From Thermodesulfobacteriota bacterium (GTDB lineage Bacteria > Desulfobacterota_D > UBA1144 > Nemesobacterales > Mycalebacteriaceae), in contig OZ245366.1 in the NCBI GenBank assembly GCA_965226585.1, forward strand, positions 704,001 through 768,000: a DNA stretch of 64,000 nucleotides, given 5' to 3'. Position 1 is the stretch's first letter; every line of letters begins with the position of its first letter. Below the pieces are notes generated by a model. It was not told where the DNA came from. It saw only the letters and a list, made by a program, of their open reading frames with translations, and made no database searches. This document shows positions 49,920 to 58,918 of the stretch, piece after piece. The position numbers and the translations under genes are program-made.

Positions 49920-50699
49920 ATGAGTAATAACCAAAACGCAAAAAAACTTCTTCTGGATATTTGCAACTGCCCAAATGTCAAAATAGCGGCAGATGACAAA
50001 TCGCATCCATGTCATAAGATTGTCGTGCTTCAGAATGAATGCCCACCGGACAAACGCCAACTGCCCGAACCGTGGAGCGGCGATATAGTCAACGCCCCTC
50101 TGCTTATAGTTTCCTCCAATCCGTCTATTAGTGAAGCGGAGCATTATCCGACTTCCCGATGGAGTGATGACAAAATTGCGGATTTCTTTACAAACCGCTT
50201 CAGTGGTCGCTGGACTGATAAACTAAAAACTCTTTGCGCCGATGAGAAGTCATACAGCAAAAGACCTGTGATGTTCTGGTGTTGCATACGCAAACAGGCA
50301 GAGCGCGCATTTGGTCGGCAAGTAAAAGCGGGGCAAGACTACGCAATTACAGAGGTTGTTCATTGTAAATCGACAGGCGAAAAAGGTGTTAGAAAATCAA
50401 TGAATGAGTGCGGCGACAAGTGGACAAAGAAAATAATTGCAATGTCAAAAGCCCGCGTAATTATGGTCGTGGGTGCTGTCGCGAGAGATTGGTTTTCCGA
50501 ACATTACGGAATAGATAGAACAAACCCTTTTCACACTTTACAAACAATCGCCGGGAAAAAACGCACGGTGTTGATTGTGCCACACCCAAGTGGCAGAAAG
50601 CCCAAGAATCTGCCAAAAGGGCAGAAATGGGGTAAAACCCTAGACAAAATCCTCACCAAAGAACAATTGAATCATATCAATGCCATTCTTAGCAATTGA
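49920..50699 (+). CDS. Uracil-DNA glycosylase superfamily protein
   Basis: PEPWSG, SSNPS, TEVVHCKS, VG, PHPS motifs. Confidence 0.7.
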   Translation: MSNNQNAKKLLLDICNCPNVKIAADDKSHPCHKIVVLQNECPPDKRQLPEPWSGDIVNAPLLIVSSNPSISEAEHYPTSRWSDDKIADFFTNRFSGRWTDKLKTLCADEKSYSKRPVMFWCCIRKQAERAFGRQVKAGQDYAITEVVHCKSTGEKGVRKSMNECGDKWTKKIIAMSKARVIMVVGAVARDWFSEHYGIDRTNPFHTLQTIAGKKRTVLIVPHPSGRKPKNLPKGQKWGKTLDKILTKEQLNHINAILSN

Positions 50700-50759
50700 G
50701 GAAATTGCCCTTCTTGACATACCAACCCCGTTAAGCCACCTTATCTGCCAACATCGCAA

Positions 50760-51038
50760 ATGAAATTCTCCCGCTATTTTCAATACATCAGGCAACGCCG
50801 TTCTGACCGTCAGTCCATTAAAGACGAGTGGATAAAACGTGTGATTGACAGCCCAATTCACAAAGAGATACAATTAAACGGTAGGATAAGAATGTGGGGG
50901 AGAATTGACGAAGTGGGAAAGATTTTGAGAGTTGTTTTGTCGGAAGACGGCGAGACTGTTTTTAACGCTTTCTTTGACAGAAGGTTCAAGAAAGGAGGTC
51001 GCACACTGCATGAAGATTACATACTTTTCGGAGACTGA
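50760..51038 (+). CDS. Putative type II toxin (DUF4258/RelE-like)
   Basis: I..EWI..V...P, GRIR.W, LRVV..EDGETV.NAFFDR; upstream of DUF2283. Confidence 0.65.
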   Translation: MKFSRYFQYIRQRRSDRQSIKDEWIKRVIDSPIHKEIQLNGRIRMWGRIDEVGKILRVVLSEDGETVFNAFFDRRFKKGGRTLHEDYILFGD

Positions 51039-51240
51039 TACCGCGCTGTTTGACTTTTCCGATGGGAAAGTTGATGAGACACTTCAAGTAAAGGAAAACC
51101 TGTTTCTGGACTTTGACAAAAGCGGCAAACTGCTCAGCCTGACAATAGACCATGTAGGTTCAAACACCGACCTCGATAAACTCACCCTTCCGCAAAAAGG
51201 CGAGATTCTCGACCTCGGTTTGGTTTCAGATAAAAAATAA
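51010..51240 (+). CDS. DUF2283 family putative antitoxin
   Basis: MKITY..ETDT, LDFDKSGKL..LTI; AAGGAGG RBS. Confidence 0.8.
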   Translation: MKITYFSETDTALFDFSDGKVDETLQVKENLFLDFDKSGKLLSLTIDHVGSNTDLDKLTLPQKGEILDLGLVSDKK

Positions 51241-51346
51241 AATCCAACACTCATCCAAACAATCCCACGGGCTTTAAGGCAAACATAAATTTGAAATGTT
51301 GCCCGTTTTAAGGGATTATTTCTGTCATTGGATGCGGGGGTTCTCT

Positions 51347-52432
51347 ATGAAAAATCTAAAATCACTTATCGCGGCCTTTGCTTTTTGCGTGTTTTATGGA
51401 GCCGTTACGGTCGCCGCGCAGACTGAAAACAGGAAAAACACTCCGTATGTCGGCGTGGATGCCGGGATTTCCCTGTCTCTGTCTCCGGAATTTGTGAGCG
51501 ACGGCAACGATGTTCCCTCCAGATGCGACCTTCACTTTGCGGGCGACCCCGGACTTGAGGATGTGCCGGAAACCAATCCGGCGCGGGTTATTTCAAACGT
51601 TTCAGATTTCAACATACTGTTTAGAGGAGGCACACACTGCCAGGATGCGGACTCCGTATGGGAGAGCAAACACTCATCAAGCATTGGAACCACCGCAGGC
51701 TTAACGGCTGGGGTCGCGCAAATATTTGGACTGCCTTTAAGGGCTGAAGCCGAGTATTTGTATCGCAATAACAACTTCAGAGACAGAGCCGACATCACAC
51801 TTGCAGGAGAAAAATTCGAAGAGTTTCTGCCCGAGTTCAATGGCGCCGCCTGGGCATATCTGGATAACATCCAGTCGCACAACCTTTTTGCCAACCTCTA
51901 TTACGATATTCCGTTGAAGTCCAAACTTTCTCCCTATGTCGGGGCGGGAATCGGCTGGTCGCAGACAAAATTCGTCATGACCAGTTTTTGGCAAAGAAAT
52001 GACACCGGTGATACGGCGGACAACGATGGGGTTCACCCCGATGGACATGATGAAGAAGGTTGCGCGCCGACTCAAAGTAATGACTGCGTTATTGAAGTGC
52101 TTGAGGGAGTGGTTAGCGCGGGGATTGACAAAGCTCATGACGGTTCCACAATCGCGTTTCAGGGGCTTATCGGCTTTGACTATCCGCTCAGCGACCGGTT
52201 TTTACTGGGTTTGAAACTTCGCTGGGCATACTTCGGAGAGATTGAGACAGACCCGGAGGAGTGGGACCTTCTCAGAGACCACCCGTCAACCGTTGTGCCG
52301 GAAGACGGTTCTGCGGGAGACCCGGCTGACCTTGAATACAACGGCGGCAACAACAGGATCATCTACAGGACAAGACTGCAGAGTTCGCACCTGCTTGGGG
52401 CGGCTGTCAGTTTGAAATACTTACTCTTTTAA
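51347..52432 (+). CDS. Outer membrane beta-barrel (opacity/Msp2-like), paralog 1
   Basis: Signal peptide, PYVG.DAG, RAEAEYLYRNN, FANLYYD, PYVGAGIG, C-terminal Phe. Confidence 0.8.
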   Translation: MKNLKSLIAAFAFCVFYGAVTVAAQTENRKNTPYVGVDAGISLSLSPEFVSDGNDVPSRCDLHFAGDPGLEDVPETNPARVISNVSDFNILFRGGTHCQDADSVWESKHSSSIGTTAGLTAGVAQIFGLPLRAEAEYLYRNNNFRDRADITLAGEKFEEFLPEFNGAAWAYLDNIQSHNLFANLYYDIPLKSKLSPYVGAGIGWSQTKFVMTSFWQRNDTGDTADNDGVHPDGHDEEGCAPTQSNDCVIEVLEGVVSAGIDKAHDGSTIAFQGLIGFDYPLSDRFLLGLKLRWAYFGEIETDPEEWDLLRDHPSTVVPEDGSAGDPADLEYNGGNNRIIYRTRLQSSHLLGAAVSLKYLLF

Positions 52433-52467
52433 GGGAGAATTATCACCGTTAGATGCGGGGATTCTCT

Positions 52468-53511
52468 ATGAAAAATGTGAAATCATTTATCGCGGTCTTT
52501 GTTTTGTGTGTGTTTTACGGAGCCGTTACGGTCGGCGCGCAGACGGAAAGCAGGAACAATACCCCGTATGTCGGTCTGGACGCAGGGCTTTCACTTGCTC
52601 AGGCGCCGGACATTTCAAACTTTAATGACGGCATTCCGTCCAGATGCGATCTTCACCGTACTGGAATGGGAATCACTGCCAACGTTGCCGATTTTAACGG
52701 GGATACTGGCTGTAAAGACGGCGGCAAGACCCCATGGGAATACGGCGATTTTGACTCAAGCATAGGGCACACGGTTGGGGTTACGGCGGGGGTTTCCCGC
52801 TTGTTCGGCATACCGCTCAGAGCGGAAGTTGAGTATCTGTATCGCAACAACAATTTTGACGGCGAATCTTCAACCGATATTGCGGAGAAATCACGGGAGT
52901 TCCGACCCTCGCACAACGGTCAGGCATACGGGCGTCTGGGAAACATCTGGTCGCACGGATTTTTCGCCAATCTCTACTACGACCTTCCCCTACAGTCAAA
53001 ACTCACTCCCTACATCGGCGGCGGAGTTGGATGGGCTCTCACAAAGTTTCAACTTGAGCACTTCTTTCAGAGGAATGATAATGGTGATACGGGAACTTCC
53101 GCCGACCCTGCGGGTCATCCCGCCGACTACTCCGTAGACGCAGAAGATAATTGTGTGCTTGGTGACGGTGAAGGCACAAACGATTGCGTTCTTGAAGCGC
53201 TTGAGGGTGTTATAAGTCAGGCGCAGACAACTCATGACGGAAGCGCGGTTGGGTTTCAGGCGCTTCTCGGTTTTGACTACAAGTTAAGCGAAAAGTTTTC
53301 CGCAGGAGTAAAATTCCGCTGGGCTTATGTTGGAGAGATTGAAGGCGGCGATGAGAGATGGGATGTTCTTAGAAACCACGATTCAACGGTTTCGCCCGAC
53401 AATCCAACCGACACCGAACTCGGAAGGTCCAACGAAATAACCTATACATCCACTCTGAACAGTTCGCAGTTCTGGGGCGCCGCCATAAGTTTGAAATACC
53501 ATATATTCTGA
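52468..53511 (+). CDS. Outer membrane beta-barrel (opacity/Msp2-like), paralog 2
   Basis: Same motif order as paralog 1; near-identical signal peptide DNA. Confidence 0.8.
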   Translation: MKNVKSFIAVFVLCVFYGAVTVGAQTESRNNTPYVGLDAGLSLAQAPDISNFNDGIPSRCDLHRTGMGITANVADFNGDTGCKDGGKTPWEYGDFDSSIGHTVGVTAGVSRLFGIPLRAEVEYLYRNNNFDGESSTDIAEKSREFRPSHNGQAYGRLGNIWSHGFFANLYYDLPLQSKLTPYIGGGVGWALTKFQLEHFFQRNDNGDTGTSADPAGHPADYSVDAEDNCVLGDGEGTNDCVLEALEGVISQAQTTHDGSAVGFQALLGFDYKLSEKFSAGVKFRWAYVGEIEGGDERWDVLRNHDSTVSPDNPTDTELGRSNEITYTSTLNSSQFWGAAISLKYHIF

Positions 53512-53534
53512 TAAAAATGCTCCGGTTTTGAAAT

Positions 53535-54086
53535 ATGATAAAAAAATTAGTTGTCGCAGGTTTAGTTTTTCTCGCCATTCTTGTTGTGGCGGTTTCCTAT
53601 ATTCTTGTTGAAAGACCGCAGTTTGAAGTGAGCATAACGGCGGAGCAGATTCAAAAAAATCTGGAAAAACAGTTCCCCTACGAAAAAACGCAGTTGTTTA
53701 TCTTCAAAACCGTCCTGTCAAATCCCGAAGTACGGCTTGACCCCAAAGAGGAAAAAATAGGGCTGAGTTCTGATATAACCGTTTTTGTGAGCGAAGTTGA
53801 GGCGCTTAAAACCAGAATCCATATGGAAACCGGAATTCGCTACGAATCCGTTTCTCGGTCTTTGTTTCTTGCCGACCCCGCGCTGACACAATTTGAATTG
53901 CCGGGAATGAAGGGAAAAACGCAAAGAGTTGTGCGCGACATTGTCGGTCAGGCGATTACCGAAATCATAGCGGCGCACCCAATCTATAAACTTGACGGAA
54001 AAAACCGCGCGGCAAAAATCGCGGGGGCGGTTCTGAAAGACGTCAAAATACAGGACGGCGTTCTGAAGGTTGTTTTCGGTTTTTGA
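53535..54086 (+). CDS. DUF1439-like protein
   Basis: N-terminal TM, ITAEQIQ..LEKQFP, PIYKL, I.DG.L.V. Confidence 0.65.
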   Translation: MIKKLVVAGLVFLAILVVAVSYILVERPQFEVSITAEQIQKNLEKQFPYEKTQLFIFKTVLSNPEVRLDPKEEKIGLSSDITVFVSEVEALKTRIHMETGIRYESVSRSLFLADPALTQFELPGMKGKTQRVVRDIVGQAITEIIAAHPIYKLDGKNRAAKIAGAVLKDVKIQDGVLKVVFGF

Positions 54087-54110
54087 AAACCTCGGACGCG
54101 CGCCGGTTTG

Positions 54111-55220
54111 TCAAACCTTTGACTGATAAAGCCCGCCCTCCGAACTGTCCACAAGCCCTTCAATCTCAAGTTCAAGCATAAGAGTTGAAAGTTCCGACAC
54201 CTTTTCTCCGGTTTTCTCGGCTATCGCGTCAATATGAAGCGGCTCCGCCCTCAGCAGTTCAAGCAGTTTTTTCCGGTCTTCCGGCAAGGCGGCAAGTTTT
54301 GCCTCCATCTCCCCGTCTTCTTCCGCAGGGCTTTCCAGATGACGGAGCGCAGAGATTTCCAGAGCTATGTCGTCCGCGCCTTCGCACAGTTTCGCGCCGC
54401 GTTTTATAAGCAAGTTGGCTCCCCCGCTGTTCTTTTCTCCAACCCGCCCCGGAACCGCGAACACTTCCCTGTTTTGCTCAAGGGCGAACGCCGCAGTTAT
54501 AAGCGCGCCGCTTTTCTTTGCCGCCTGCACAACAACGGTTCCGAGAGAAAGCCCGCTGATTATGGCGTTTCGTTCGGGAAAATTTGTTTTGTCCGGCTCC
54601 GTTCCGGGCGGAAACGCCGAGATGACCGCCCCGTTTTGCGCGATTTTTTCATAAATCTCGTGATTCTCCGGCGGATATATCACATCAAGCCCGCTTCCCA
54701 GAACGGCTATCGTGCGTCCGCCGGCTTCAATCGCCGCTTTGTGAGCCGCAGAGTCAATCCCCCTTGCCATTCCGCTTACAACGCAAATGCCCCTTTCCGC
54801 AAGCCCTGAAGAGAGGGCTTTTGCCATATCTGTTCCGTATTTGACGGGAAACCTTGTGCCGACAACCGCGATGGCGAGATTGTCTTCTTTCCGCAACTCT
54901 CCCAGCACATAGATAACGGCGGGGGCGGCGTGTATCTGTTTCAGCAGGGGCGGGTACTTGCCGTCAGACAGCGTAACTATTTGAAACCCGCGCTCTGTCG
55001 CCCGCGAAACGGCGCGCCGGGCATTTTCCCAATCCGTGAAGTTTCTTACAAGTTTTTCGGTCTCCGCCCCGATGCCGTCTATTTTTGACAGCTCGCCGGG
55101 TGTGTCCGCCGCCTTGAAAACGCTTCCCGCAGAGCCGCATTCATCCACCAGGCGGCTTATGAGAACGTTGCCGAGACCCTTGATTAAACTCAGGGCGATA
55201 AAAGAGGTTTTTTCGTCCAT
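54111..55220 (-). CDS. dprA: DNA-processing protein DprA
   Basis: YPPLL, AVVGTR, VSGMARGID, FPERNAIISGLS, SGALITA, REVFAVPG. Confidence 0.96.
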   Translation of the reverse strand: MDEKTSFIALSLIKGLGNVLISRLVDECGSAGSVFKAADTPGELSKIDGIGAETEKLVRNFTDWENARRAVSRATERGFQIVTLSDGKYPPLLKQIHAAPAVIYVLGELRKEDNLAIAVVGTRFPVKYGTDMAKALSSGLAERGICVVSGMARGIDSAAHKAAIEAGGRTIAVLGSGLDVIYPPENHEIYEKIAQNGAVISAFPPGTEPDKTNFPERNAIISGLSLGTVVVQAAKKSGALITAAFALEQNREVFAVPGRVGEKNSGGANLLIKRGAKLCEGADDIALEISALRHLESPAEEDGEMEAKLAALPEDRKKLLELLRAEPLHIDAIAEKTGEKVSELSTLMLELEIEGLVDSSEGGLYQSKV

Positions 55221-55264
55221 CGTGTCAGAGCCGATATAATAACAGGAAAGAGAGGGAGTGAAAT

Positions 55265-56473
55265 ATGGAAGCATTCATTTTGGCGGTTCTGGTTATCGGC
55301 TTAGTCATCGGCGCGGTTGTCGGCTACTTTGCGGCAAGCCGCGTTGCGGGTGAGAAAAACAGGGCGGAAGGAATAAAAATCGCCGCGCTTGAGGCGGAGC
55401 GCGAAGCCCGAGAGAGAGAGCGTGAGGAGGAAAAAAGCAATGAGGATATGCTCAAATTGAAGTTTGAGAATCTGGGCAATAGCATTTTTGACAACAACAG
55501 CAAAAAGTTCACGGAATCCACTCTTGAGCCATTTCAGAAACAGATAGAAAACTTTGAGAAAATTCTCAAGGAGAAAGGCAAGGAACATACCGAACTGAAA
55601 ACGCAACTGGTCAATATGATAGAAGCCGAAGAAAAGGTTTCCCAACGCGCCTATGAATTGGAACAGGCGCTTAGAAATCGCTCTGATGTGCGGGGGAGGT
55701 GGGGCGAGATGACTTTGCAGAGAATTGCCGAGTTGGCGGGAATGATTGAGTACTGCGATTTTAATATGCAGGAAAACGTTGAAACTACGGATGGAAGAAC
55801 ACAACGTCCGGACATGGTTGTTTGTCTGCCGGAGCGCGGTGTGGTTGTTGTGGACGCAAAAACCAATTTAAGCGCCTATCTAGATTCCCTGTCTGCAGAA
55901 GATGAAGAGAAGGCAAATGCTTTTATTGACAAACACGTCCAGAATATCAAAAGCGAGGTTAACAATCTTTCAAGTAAAGCCTACTGGGAATCATTGGATG
56001 ACTCTCCCGAATTTGTTGTCTTGTTTGTTCCAGGCGACAACTTTCTGTCAGTTGCTTTACAAAGGGCTCCTGACCTTCAGGAGAAGGCAATGGAGAAGAA
56101 GATTATTATCGCGACTCCCAACACACTTTTCGCGCTTTTACGCGCCGTTGCATTTGGCTGGCAACAGAAAAACGCTTCTGAGAACAGCAAGAAAATCATA
56201 GAAACGGGTAAGGAGTTGTATAAGGGACTTGAGATTTTTTATTCACATTTTGAATCCATCGGGAAAAGTATTGGGACTGTTACAAAAAACTACAACAAGG
56301 CGGTGGGATCATTTGAGCATACCGTCAGACCGAAAGGTCGCCGTTTTGAAAGTCTTGGAATACCGGGCGGAATTAAAGATGCGGATGAAGTTACAGAAAC
56401 AACCCGCACTCCGTCTTTGCAGGATACTGATGAAGCCGGAGAAAATTCCGTTTCCGGAGATGAGCAGTCATGA
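55265..56473 (+). CDS. rmuC: DNA recombination protein RmuC
   Basis: RGRWGEMTL, RPDMVV.LP, VDAK, K.YW, PEFVVLFVP, ATP.TL. Confidence 0.93.
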   Translation: MEAFILAVLVIGLVIGAVVGYFAASRVAGEKNRAEGIKIAALEAEREAREREREEEKSNEDMLKLKFENLGNSIFDNNSKKFTESTLEPFQKQIENFEKILKEKGKEHTELKTQLVNMIEAEEKVSQRAYELEQALRNRSDVRGRWGEMTLQRIAELAGMIEYCDFNMQENVETTDGRTQRPDMVVCLPERGVVVVDAKTNLSAYLDSLSAEDEEKANAFIDKHVQNIKSEVNNLSSKAYWESLDDSPEFVVLFVPGDNFLSVALQRAPDLQEKAMEKKIIIATPNTLFALLRAVAFGWQQKNASENSKKIIETGKELYKGLEIFYSHFESIGKSIGTVTKNYNKAVGSFEHTVRPKGRRFESLGIPGGIKDADEVTETTRTPSLQDTDEAGENSVSGDEQS

Positions 56474-56655
56474 GCCATAAAGACGAAAAAAACTCTCTGC
56501 TGTTTTATCTCGCAGACCGTCTTGGCGGTCCACTTGTCTCGGCTACTCTTGTCGCGTGCCTGATTTCAGGGCTTGAGACGAGCCATTTATTTCTCTACGC
56601 GGCGGGCATCACACTGCTCACCGTCTCGTATATTCACAACAAAAGACACCATTAA
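56470..56655 (+). CDS. Hypothetical small membrane protein
   Basis: ATGA overlap with rmuC; two hydrophobic segments. Confidence 0.5.
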   Translation: MSHKDEKNSLLFYLADRLGGPLVSATLVACLISGLETSHLFLYAAGITLLTVSYIHNKRHH

Positions 56656-56677
56656 AATAGGGTTCTGCGCCTAGCCA

Positions 56678-57367
56678 CTAGATAATTTTTTCAGATTTTT
56701 CATAGATTTTTTGTATGTCGCTCACAGCAATTCTGAATTTAGTTCCATGGTCTCTTACCGAACCACTATCTTTGATGTAAGCATCAAAATCCACAGCCAC
56801 CAACCCCTTCTCAATTTGTTTCATAAGAGCACTCATCTTGAGTTGTTCAAACGCTGTTGCCCGATTATATGTGACTTGCTTCACTCCATTGTGTGTTCGG
56901 GTTTTTCCTGTCACAAGAACCAGCCGCCGGAGTTTACTGCCAACTGAATTGAGCAAATCATCCTCTCTCCAATGTGGCACGGGCGAGTCTGAATTTTCAT
57001 GCCGCACCCAGATACTCCCCGAATCGTAAGCAATTTTGAAGCCTCGGTCGGATTCGCCACGGATAGTATGCCGGAATGATTGCTTTCCATTTCTACCAAT
57101 CCATCCGTGTTTGTTGATTATAAACTTGATGCAACCCCTAGGTCGCGGGGATCTGTGGAACAGAGTCACCAAAGACGAAGAATTTTTGCTACTCCACTTC
57201 AGTTCCCAAAGCCCCGCATCGGGGCCGTCGTGGTTTGTAGTCTTGATGCCGAGAACATTCTCCAGATACGTACCCGGGGCTCCTGACCCACCGCCTTTTT
57301 GGAGGTCATGCCACCCGCTACCACACAGTTCGCGTATTTTTTTGAACAAGACGGGCTTGGAGATCAA
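56678..57367 (-). CDS. MvaI/BcnI family restriction endonuclease
   Basis: G..G.YLE..LGI..N..GPD...WELK, TLFH..P, RDHGTKFRI. Confidence 0.82.
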   Translation of the reverse strand: MISKPVLFKKIRELCGSGWHDLQKGGGSGAPGTYLENVLGIKTTNHDGPDAGLWELKWSSKNSSSLVTLFHRSPRPRGCIKFIINKHGWIGRNGKQSFRHTIRGESDRGFKIAYDSGSIWVRHENSDSPVPHWREDDLLNSVGSKLRRLVLVTGKTRTHNGVKQVTYNRATAFEQLKMSALMKQIEKGLVAVDFDAYIKDSGSVRDHGTKFRIAVSDIQKIYEKSEKII

Positions 57368-58167
57368 CGAAGTCTCCTATATTCCGCCAAACGCTTTTCT
57401 GCCATACGGCAATAGTCTGCGCTCTTTTCAATACCTATCCAATCTCTGCCTGTAGCCTCAGCTGCCATGGCGGTTGTACCCGAACCCATGAATGGGTCAA
57501 GTATCACATTTCCAGTTGTGGACTCTATGCATCGTTGAGCAAGTTCCAAGGGGAATGGGGCGGGGTGCGGATTCTTGGACTCTTGGGGGATTTCCCAGAC
57601 ATCACCGACAGCGTTGGCCTTAGGAGCCAGTTTGAATTTTGGTTTGGTAATCATGTAGATAACCTCGTAGGTGGGTAGAAAATAACCTTGATTGAAATTG
57701 ATACCACCCGACCGTCGCCAAATGATTATCTGGCGGACGGGGAAGCCATCCACTATGTCAGAACGGTCCTGAAGCAACCCATCCTGAACCCGCCATTTGT
57801 GGTTGTAGAATATCGCACCATCCGTTTTCAGGACATGCATCATGGCGGTCAGACAGCTACGTTGCCACTGGATGTAATCATCGTGTGGCATACAGTCATC
57901 GTGAGCGGCGTAGCCCTTCTGTAAGGCAGCTTTCGGCCACTTCCCGCCGTTGCCGTTCTTCATGCCGTTACCGGTTGATTGCTTCAGATTGTAAGGGGGG
58001 CTAGTGACAACGACATCAACGCACTCAGCAGGAAGATCGTTCATAATCTTCACGGCATCCCCGCGGTGTACTTTGCCTATCCACTGTTTAACGGTCTTGC
58101 TTTTCGACTGAACTTCGACCCTTGTCTGCAACTCATCATCAAGCGGAACCGACACCGCATTGCTCAT
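57364..58167 (-). CDS. Beta-class N4-C/N6-A DNA methyltransferase
   Basis: TSPPYN (motif IV) before HPAPFP and LDPFMGSGTT (motif I). Confidence 0.93.
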   Translation of the reverse strand: MSNAVSVPLDDELQTRVEVQSKSKTVKQWIGKVHRGDAVKIMNDLPAECVDVVVTSPPYNLKQSTGNGMKNGNGGKWPKAALQKGYAAHDDCMPHDDYIQWQRSCLTAMMHVLKTDGAIFYNHKWRVQDGLLQDRSDIVDGFPVRQIIIWRRSGGINFNQGYFLPTYEVIYMITKPKFKLAPKANAVGDVWEIPQESKNPHPAPFPLELAQRCIESTTGNVILDPFMGSGTTAMAAEATGRDWIGIEKSADYCRMAEKRLAEYRRLR

Positions 58168-58288
58168 GTGATTAATCTCCCGCAGGTCAGGTTAGTGTTG
58201 ACCCTGTCCGCCAACACACTATCAGTTCTCATCTTGTCGTTCAACTTCCTTTGTCCTCATTATGGGATTTTACTTGTGATAATAACCG

Positions 58289-58918
58289 CTAAAAAATCAA
58301 AAACCGTTTTCTTTTCAGTTTGCCGCGACAACGGGCGAGTTGCTTTTCGTATGTTTTTTCCATCTTCTCAACCTTGCGGGCAACCTTAATCAGCCACCGC
58401 TTGTTTTTGTAAGACCCCTTGCGGTATCCGCCCCATCCCTCGTGATAGGCGAGGTAGAGGTTGTAGGCGTCATCCTTTCTGATTCCAAGCAGTTTCGCGC
58501 TTTTGTTGTTATACCACCCGATAAAATCCGCAGAGTCCTTGAAGTCAGACCGGCGCGTTAAAAACCCGCCTTTTTTTGTTTCCCTCAAATACTGCTCCCA
58601 TGTTGCGTCAACCGCCTGAGAGTATCCCGAAGCGGATGAAACCCTCTTCCACGGGATAATCCAGAGGATTTTTGTTCTGGGATGCTTCGCGCCCTTTAAG
58701 AAACTTGACTCCTGGCGGATAAACGCGAGCGTTACCGGAATCGGGGCTCCCCATTTCTTTTCGGTTCTCAACACATCGCCATACCAGCCCCGCTTGTTGA
58801 CGAGGATTGAGCAGGCGTTGTTGATGTCCGGCGGAACATAGGCAAAACTGCCCACGCAACCGGAGGCGAACAAAAGCGCGAACAAAAGCGCGGCATATTT
58901 TTTCACTTCTTTCCCCAT
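58289..58918 (-). CDS. Lytic transglycosylase SLT-like lipoprotein
   Basis: Lipobox ASGC, QESSF, SSASGYSQA, DFIGWY, YLAYHEG. Confidence 0.8.
   Translation of the reverse strand: MGKEVKKYAALLFALLFASGCVGSFAYVPPDINNACSILVNKRGWYGDVLRTEKKWGAPIPVTLAFIRQESSFLKGAKHPRTKILWIIPWKRVSSASGYSQAVDATWEQYLRETKKGGFLTRRSDFKDSADFIGWYNNKSAKLLGIRKDDAYNLYLAYHEGWGGYRKGSYKNKRWLIKVARKVEKMEKTYEKQLARCRGKLKRKRFLIF

Noticed and set aside
51347..53511. Diversity-generating retroelement or invertase shufflon behind the OMP variation
   Set aside because: No reverse transcriptase, recombinase, adenine-specific TR/VR pair or inverted crossover sites seen
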